A program made the position numbers and the translations under genes. A DNA stretch of 64,000 bases, from assembly GCF_009914755.1 (NCBI RefSeq), contig NC_060925.1. One strand, written 5' to 3'. Source of the stretch: the human T2T-CHM13v2.0 reference genome, Homo sapiens. Shown here piece by piece: positions 58,806-64,000 of the stretch. Numbering within the stretch: position 1 is the stretch's first letter; each line of letters begins with the position of its first letter. The notes under the pieces are model-generated. The model did not search any database. It was not told the origin of the DNA and worked only from the letters and a program-made list of their open reading frames with translations.

Positions 58806-59149
58806 GTATTGTGTGTGCCCCCCACACACGTAAGCATGTGCACACCTACACCCTGCAAACAACGTGTTCCTCTGTGGGACCCATGCCTGGAACTGGTCAT
58901 AAAACACACGTGAGCATCACAGATTCTAGCCTGGAGACCATCTCACCAGGCCAAGACACCCCCCAAAACACACGACCCCAAAGACCCCAAGCCTGGCCTC
59001 CTTTCCCTGGGCAGCCCTGTGGAAAGGTCCCACAAAGGCAGCTTTTCCAGGAATGCCCTTGGAGCCTGAGCCATCCTGAGACTGGCATGCAGCCGGGAGC
59101 AGCTCTGCGGGTGGAGGCTGGACTGGGCAGCCTCAGACCCTGAGGTGCT

Positions 59150-59800
59150 TCCCTATCCTTCCTTTCACCCCAACAGTACCCTCCGGCCCCATGGTCCAGT
59201 GGAGACTCAGGATCCAGCCCACAGCTGCCTCCCCGCCTTCCCCCCTCGCGCCTCCGCAGCCTTTGTTATCTCAACTACTTTGAGAGAGTTCTCTTTTCTC
59301 CCCCTCGACTCCTCTGATGCTAATCTCTCTCCATAAATCATACCCTCTAATCTTTTCATCACCTTTCTCTGATTAAAGCAGCCTCGGGGGTTGGGAGCCC
59401 CAGTCCTCAGTGACTAAAACACTTTGATGTCCTAAGACAGTCCCAGAGGCTGCAGCGCTGGCTGGCGCGGTCAGGCCTCACCCACCGCGGGGCAGGCCGG
59501 GCGCAGGCGTCTACACGGACACATCCCGGAGTTGTCCTGGGCTGCCAGCACAGCCCAGCACCTCGAGGGTTTCACAGATCTCTTCATGAATATTTCTCAC
59601 TACACACTGGATGTCATTATTCTATTGAGAATCAATTAGCCCAAATGTTGTTATGACAGCTACAGAAAAATGATATTTTTAGCTTCGCTTTATGCTGCTC
59701 TGTCTCTTCGCAGAATTATTGAAAACCTTAAAACTAATCTAGTGGCGTCGCGGGCCTTTGTGGCAAGCCGGGGGGCAATTGATCTGGGAATACGAAATTG
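59150..59800. promoter_or_regulatory. Candidate developmental enhancer / weak CpG island
   Basis: CpG-rich 59.2-59.57 kb; CCATAAATCA (PBX-HOX type) 59331-59340; ATGCTAAT 59317; TAATC, CAATTAG and TGACAG motifs. Confidence 0.45.
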
Positions 59801-60132
59801 TGGGAAATGCAGGGCTTTTCTCAATGAAGTGGGATCGCCTCAGAAATAACTTCCAGGATGGGAGGCAAAGCTTGACCTTGGGCAAGGTACTTAACCTCTC
59901 TGAGCCTCAATGTCTGCATCTGTCAAATGGTAGTAATAGCCATGTCTACCCTTAGTGTTCTTTATGAGGACGAAATGCAGCAATGCAGGAAATGCATTTA
60001 GCAAGGCACGCAGCAGCACCATGGGAGGCGCCCAGCAGGTAAGTGACACTAGTGATGGTAGCTAAACTGGGAGACCCTGGAGCAAGGCTTCCTAGGCTCA
60101 AGTCCCAGCTCTGACACTTCACAGGTATGTGA

Positions 60133-60499
<367 letters not shown>

Positions 60500-62424
60500 C
60501 ATCATATCTATTTTATAATGTCGTTGTTAGAATTAAATGAGCTAATACAAGTAAAGCACTAAAAAACCTGGCCTGGCTCCAAAAAAATGTCAGCTCATTT
60601 TAACATAGGATGGCTGTCACTGTCACCTGCTCCCCACCTTTGTTCATCCTGACCCCTTAGCCTAAAATCTTTCCCTTCCCATCTTTGCAAGTTGGAATCC
60701 TCCCAACAATAAAATCTAGCTCAAATGTCACCTCCACCACTATGCCTGACAGACTGGGGCTGGGATTCTGGCTTCAATAATCATCACTGGGAGACCTCGC
60801 ACAGGCATTTAACCTCTTTGCCTTAGTTTCCTCATCAATAGAAAAGGGATAATAGCTTCCTGCCTTCAAATCAGGGGCTGGCTGCAGCCACCTCTACAGC
60901 CCCATCCAGTTCTGAAGCTGGGTCAGCAAGTCCTCATTCAAATGCCAGCTCTTCTTGGAATCATTTTTTAAACACTTGCACACTTCTTTCCCCATCAGGA
61001 GAGGTTTTACAGACTTACAATAAACAAGGAAGCTGTTTTATAGCAAAAAGAAAAAAAAATCCTCTTTGGCTGGGAAGTCCTGAAACAGAGTTGAGGGAGA
61101 GGCAGTTCCAGGACAGCCTCCTGAAGCAACATCCTCTGCCAAGGCAGGACCTGGTGTCAGAACAAAGGCTGAACCCTTCCCAACACCTTTGCTTCCAGCC
61201 AAGTTACGCCCCACTCTCCCATCCAGCGGGTTTTGTCCAGCTGGAGTTTAACAGCACCTGACGGCTGACATCTTTCGGCAGGGAAAGAGCCAGCAGAGCA
61301 GGCTGGTAGAGCACCCCAGGGCCCCCAGTGTGCCCTGTACCCTGTGCTGGTCACCCCTGGCTCTCTGCCTGAATAAACTCTTGCAGTGCTCTAAGACTCA
61401 GAATGAATCAACCCTTATACAACCTCCCCAGTCCCTTCATTTGGGATTACTTTCCCTCTCTCACCCCTAGCCCCCCATTGCACTCTTTCCGGCTGCTGCC
61501 GTAGCCTTTGTCATAGTTGCCACCTCTGACCCCAGTCGTGTGCAGGCCTGTCTCCCCTGCTGGACGGTGACCAAATGGAGAACTAAGACCTGGCTCCGAC
61601 ACACTGAGTGTTTCCCACTCTGCCCTCCTGCTCTTGTCACCGCATTGTCTGCTGGGTACAGCTGTCCTCCCTAGAGACTACCCTGTTCAGCACCAACTCT
61701 TTGGCTTCTGGAAGAGCCCCCTGCCCAGCATTGTGTCCAGGATCACCTTGTACAGCCATGTAGGCTGTGGTGCACTGCCCAATCGATGGTGCTATTCACA
61801 TAGTCCAGAATGGTTCTGCATGGATGTAAAAGAGTAGGAAAACCATCATGGATGTCTGTGAAGGACATCCCCAGAGTTGGGCACCACAGCACCCTTGCCT
61901 GTGCTTGGACCTTTTAAAGACGTTCACTGACTCTGGATATACTGATTTTTGAAGGTCACACCATACATAAAAACATGCATATGAAAACACCCATATACCT
62001 CAATTAATAATTTCTTGCTATAAAAATATTTTGAAAAGATTTTTCTAATTTGACTTCTGTAATAATTTGGTTATAAGCAACTGATTTATGTTCAGCTATG
62101 ATTTCTCAGCAACCATTGTGCATTCTTCAGGATCCTTGAGAAAAGAGAAAATCAAATCTGCAAGCTTGTTTCAAATGTAAAGCAATTTTTAGGAATTTAG
62201 CCATTAACAAAGTTGAACTAGTGTTTTAGAGGCATTTAATTAAACACCTTTTTGAAAAAATCTTGTGGTTTTCTTTTTCATATTTTGGAATCAATAATTT
62301 CTTCCAGAATTCAAATATTTTCATGGGCCTCAAGCATGAATAAACTTCCTTCCCAATTTCCCCTCAAATGGCAAAGCCAGTCTATAACTTTTAAAGACAC
62401 CTTACTGAAGGGTTAGCGACAAGC

Positions 62425-62533
62425 AAGTGGTTACATGTCCCTATTTATTCTGGCAATCTGAGTGTAATTATTACTAGCTTCCCTTTCATTCTCTAGGGTG
62501 TGCCGATTTGGACCATCAACTGTATGGTCACTT
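62425..62533 (-). mobile_element. MER81-like hAT MITE
   Basis: taattattactagcttccctttcattctc...gatttggaccatcaactgtatggtcactt. Confidence 0.55.
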
Positions 62534-63326
62534 TGAAAATAAAGGAAGGAAGTGCCATGGAAAAAAGGATGGCCCAGACCCAGACCTGCCCCAGGGTCCC
62601 TTCCAAGAGGGCTCTAAGCCTTTCCCTGGCCGTCCCCCAAGGGGTCCAGGGACGCTCACCCTCCACCCCACCCCACCACCTCTAGGAATGTTCTAGGGAT
62701 CTTCACACCATAGAGTCCAGAACAAATTGCCCCTAGTACCTGAAACAGAAAAGTCTTTTTCTTATGCCCAGTGAAGGCCTGCTTACCAAAGTCCTCATTT
62801 CCTGCTGCAGGAATGACATCTTTCTTACAAGGCTGACAATGGACATTTTCATTTCCTTTTGTGCAAACCCTACTCCCATCTATAAGGGTGTGCTCTGGCC
62901 CTATGACCCCAACAATAGAATTGCAAAACAGTTCCACATTGATAACTGTCCCAGAGTCTTAATCTATATATCTTTAAATCTTAAATCTTTTATGGAACAA
63001 GGCAGAATATCAGTTAATCAACCAATCAATTTCTCTTTTTAGCACCAATCAGATTGTATCATGATTAAATCCATGGGTCCCCCTCCCTCTTGGAGAGGGA
63101 TGTGGCTTCCTCATTCATCTCTGTATCCCCAGTGCCAAGCCCAGTCAGGCACACAGCAATGCTTGCTGAAGGATGAGAAGATAAATAAATATGACAGCAA
63201 TTTTCTCTTGGATTGTGAGCTCCTTGAGAGCAAGGATTGTGCTTGTCCATTTCTGTCTCCACCACCATATGCAATAGCTCATGGCAGATGCTCACTGGAG
63301 GGCAGAGGCTCATGGAACATTTAATT

Positions 63327-63339
63327 GGATGGATGGATG

Positions 63340-63394
<55 letters not shown>
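63327..63394. repeat. Compound STR (GGAT)4(AGAT)13
   Basis: Direct count. Confidence 0.97.
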
Positions 63395-64000
63395 GATGGG
63401 ATAGTTGCATAGATGGATGGTTGGATGCATGCTTAGAAGGATGAATTGTTAGCCTGGGAGACTGGGTGGGGTTCAGGAAGAAAACAGAGCTGCTTTGACC
63501 CCCTAATAGTTTCTCAGGTCTCAGCTCCAATTCCCATTCATGGCTGCCTTGTGGTTCCAATCCTTGAATTTCAAGAGAATTTTATGTGTTCTTATAATAA
63601 ACTTTCTTCTATTTGAGACAGTTTGATTTGAGCGGATCTGTTCTTTCTAACCAAAAGACCATGACTCAGATAGGAGCCCTCCCAGGTGGAGTTGGGGTAG
63701 GGGGGAACTAATACTTACCTCTTGACTGTACCACAAGTGGGTCTTAGGAAGCATGGCATATTCGTTCTTTCTTGAGGTCTTCCCTAAGACAAGGCTACAA
63801 AGCTAGGCTGGTTAGTGATGGTGGCTTAGCTCGGTTTAATGAGCCTGATGTGGGAGTGCAGGTCTGTGCCAAGTGTTGGGTGGACTTCTATGAACAACTT
63901 GGTTCTTGGTCCTTGCCCTTGGAGCAGTCCACCAGCTCCTAGCATCACTTCCAACAGTTGCCGCATCATCTCAGGTAAGTCACTCCCTATTCTGGGCCTC

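Noticed and set aside
63711-63720. ATACTTACCT matching the U1 snRNA 5' end
   Set aside because: Match stops after 10 nt, so it is not a U1 pseudogene; at most a consensus minus-strand donor with no supported exon

Overview
Primate (human-like) non-coding DNA, intronic or intergenic; I could not identify the locus. It is dominated by Alu (J/S/Y, FLAM), L1, L2, L3, MIR, MaLR/ERVL LTRs and old DNA transposons, plus microsatellites and a ~0.9 kb, 29-bp-unit minisatellite at ~19.0-19.9 kb. I can support no protein-coding gene: the ORFs are Alu/L1/VNTR artefacts or unrecognisable short ORFs. I found no evidence of a new gene-level biological system. The most unusual structure is a composite L1 at 4.24-5.23 kb. 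It is truncated at both ends and carries a fold-back hairpin, a ~180-bp inverted copy of neighbouring DNA (from 6.98-7.17 kb, ~93% identical) and a micro-inversion at an internal deletion, which resembles a fossil double-strand-break repair / template-switch event. Several repeat-poor, motif-dense segments (40.5-41.1, 47.4-48.0, 48.7-49.1 and 59.2-59.8 kb) look like enhancers or a CpG-rich promoter. Repeat subfamily names come from recalled consensus similarity, and most repeat boundaries are approximate.
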